Positions 61,912 to 64,000 of a stretch of DNA of 64,000 nt are shown here, piece by piece. Below the pieces are notes generated by a model. That model was not told the origin of the DNA. It worked only from the letters and a program-made list of their open reading frames with translations, and made no database searches. Within the stretch, counting starts at the first letter, position 1. Each line of letters starts with the position of its first letter. Source of the stretch: Anaeramoeba ignava BMAN (Eukaryota; Protista; Anaeramoebae); NCBI GenBank assembly GCA_028826165.1, contig JAPDFW010000114.1:744001-808000 (forward strand), written 5' to 3'. The position numbers and the translations under genes are program-made.

Positions 61912-64000
61912 TTAATTTGAACTTTTTGTTGATTCTTGATTATCTAAAGTAACTTCTTGATTATAAATTGCACGAGAAAGAACATTACGAAACAGAACAG
62001 GTTGAGTATCAGTTTCTCTTAAATCAACAGAAGATTGAGTATCTGAAGTAGATTCAACATCAAAACGAGAAGAAGAAACCATATTTCTTGTTTGAGAAAG
62101 CATTCGTTTGATTTGTCTTCTTGCTTTAGCTTGCTGAGTTGTTCTTATTTCGTCTGCTTTTATTCTGGCTTCTTCAACAATAGTAATAAATACATTGAGG
62201 AATGTGTACATGAAAATACACACAAATATATATTCATAAACTCTTGAAATAAACGCCATTGAATTGCTATGTCTAAATGATCTGTTGAATGAATCTCGTA
62301 TGACATCTCCATTCATAACTGCAAATAAAGTTACTGCTGATTGGTCTATTGTCGAGAAAACAAGTGAATAACTTCCATAAAAAATTGTTGCCATAACTTA
62401 TTTTGTTTTTGTTTTTAATTAATAAAAAAAAAGTGGAACAAAAATTAAAAGAATTTTTTCTTTTTACAAGTAAATCCAAAAAACATTGGAAGTGTTCCTA
62501 AAATGCATCGAATTACATCAGGAAGTGCTTCTTTAAGTGTTGTAATCAAAATATAAAATCTTTCATGCCATTGGAAATAACTTATAATAATAATAATAAT
62601 AAAGAAATTTTTTTTTTTTAAAAATAAATTTTTCAATTTAAATTTAAATTTTGATAAGAAATTTTTACTAAGTTAAAATATAACATGCCAAAAAGCAAGT
62701 AAATCCCATAAAAATATCTTCAATATAAATTCCATTTTTTTTTCCATAAATTTTTGCATTAATAAAGAAATTTTCAGAAACAACATTTAGAATGCAAGAA
62801 ACAAGTGTTGCTATGTGCCAATAATCAATAAATTCTGAACGAAGTTTTGAACGGGCTTTTGGATGAACAGGATTTGAGTTTTGGTCTGTATTATCTGTTA
62901 ATTCGATGATTTGAGTCGGAGCAATTTTTTTAAATTGCTTTATAAAATTTATTTAATAAGGATTTTGATTAATTTTTATAAATTATTTAATAAGAATTTT
63001 GATTAATTTTTATTATAAATTTATTTAATAAGAATTTTGATTAATTTTTATTAAATTATTTAATAAGAATTTTGATTAATTTTTATTAAATTTATTTAAT
63101 AAAAATTTTGATTAATTTTTATTATAAATTTATTTAATAAGAATTTTGATTAATTTTTATAAATTTATTTAATAAGAAATTTTGATTTATTTTTATTAAA
63201 TTATTTAATAAGAATTTTGATTAATTTTTATTAAATTATTTAATAAGAATTTTGATTAATTTTATGAAATTATTTAATAAGAATTTTGATTAATTTTATT
63301 AAAGATTTATTTAATAAGAATTTTGATTAATTTTATTAAAGATTTATTTAATAAGAATTTGGATTAATTAATTTTTGAATTGATAAATTTTGGACAAACT
63401 CTATAAAGTGAATATTCGTAAAGAAGAGTACGAATTGTTAATGCAAATAACCAAATAGATGCTATAATAATTATAAATGCATAAATAACTGAAATTCCTC
63501 CCAAAATATCTTTTATTTTTGCTATTTTTTTTTAAAAAAAAAAACAAAATTTAATATTCAAATTAAAATATCGAATCAAAATTTTCAAATTTTCAAATTT
63601 ACGTTCATATTCATCTGAACATAATTCTGTTTGTGTTTGAATATAAGAATTAATAACGCCTGATCTAACTTCATAATCAAAAGTGTTCTAGATGAAAATA
63701 AATGGATTATTTTAAAAAACCAAATGTTTTTTCTTCTTTTTAAAATGTAAAAATTTTTTGATATAAATTACAATAACACTCCAAATAATACAAAATGGAG
63801 GATCAGAAGGATAAATTGTTTTGAATGATATTTTAATATTAGATGTTTTATATTGAGCCATAATTTCATGTATTTCTGTGATTGATTTGTTTTGAAAAGG
63901 TCCAAGAAGTGAATCTGGACAAAGTGGGAAAGATTCTGGAAATTTATAATAATATTGATAATCATAAAATGTTTTCTTTTTCTTTTTGCATTAAAATATT
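61912..64000 (-). CDS. Mucolipin (TRPML)/polycystin-type cation channel, multi-exon, 5'-partial (extends past window end)
   Basis: YILITTLKEALPDVIR, FSTIDQSAVTLFAVMNGDVIRDSF (TRPML pore LFSLINGDD-like) and SRVYEYIFVCIFMYTFLNVFITIVEEA (S6). Confidence 0.8.
62945..63370. repeat. Intronic ~34-nt minisatellite (TTATTTAATAAGAATTTTGATTAATTTTTATTAAA)
   Basis: About 12 tandem copies inside the mucolipin-like gene. Confidence 0.8.

Noticed and set aside
34915-64000. An endolysosomal gene cluster (TRAPPC6, Vps34, transporters, mucolipin)
   Set aside because: These are common functional categories interspersed with unrelated genes, and no shared regulatory feature is visible.

Overview
Very AT-rich, gene-dense eukaryotic (protist) nuclear DNA using the standard code, with GT-AG spliceosomal introns and pervasive AT microsatellites in introns, intergenic DNA and coding sequence (poly-QN/EN tracts). 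The nuclear intein, Trichomonas-like TCA-T elements upstream of start codons and composition suggest an Anaeramoeba-like metamonad (inference only). About 23 genes can be reconstructed by hand: TMEM62-like, CacyBP/SIP, ACL4, stand-alone Nup96, F-box/TMEM185-like, a DNA ligase III-like protein, SPX-only protein, ankyrin/pseudokinase/PARP-like protein, eIF4G, TRAPPC6, glycogen phosphorylase, a CBM48 protein, SEN2, a family A DNA polymerase, Vps34, three tandem Pho87/91-like SLC13 transporters, a mucolipin-like channel and several hypotheticals. Top observations: (1) an ankyrin gene with six predicted phase-0 micro-exons (five single codons, one dicodon), all in the hairpin loops between repeats; (2) an intact Lig3-like gene whose DNA-binding domain joins directly to the OB fold with no adenylation domain, followed by a macrodomain and two XRCC1-like BRCTs; (3) a 377-aa intein with a decayed LAGLIDADG endonuclease in the Pol nu/theta-like polymerase, with a spliceosomal intron 2 nt upstream of the intein Cys1 codon. 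Several single-base frameshifts in low-complexity tracts look like assembly errors. All exon structures and family calls were read by eye, without database searches or transcript data.
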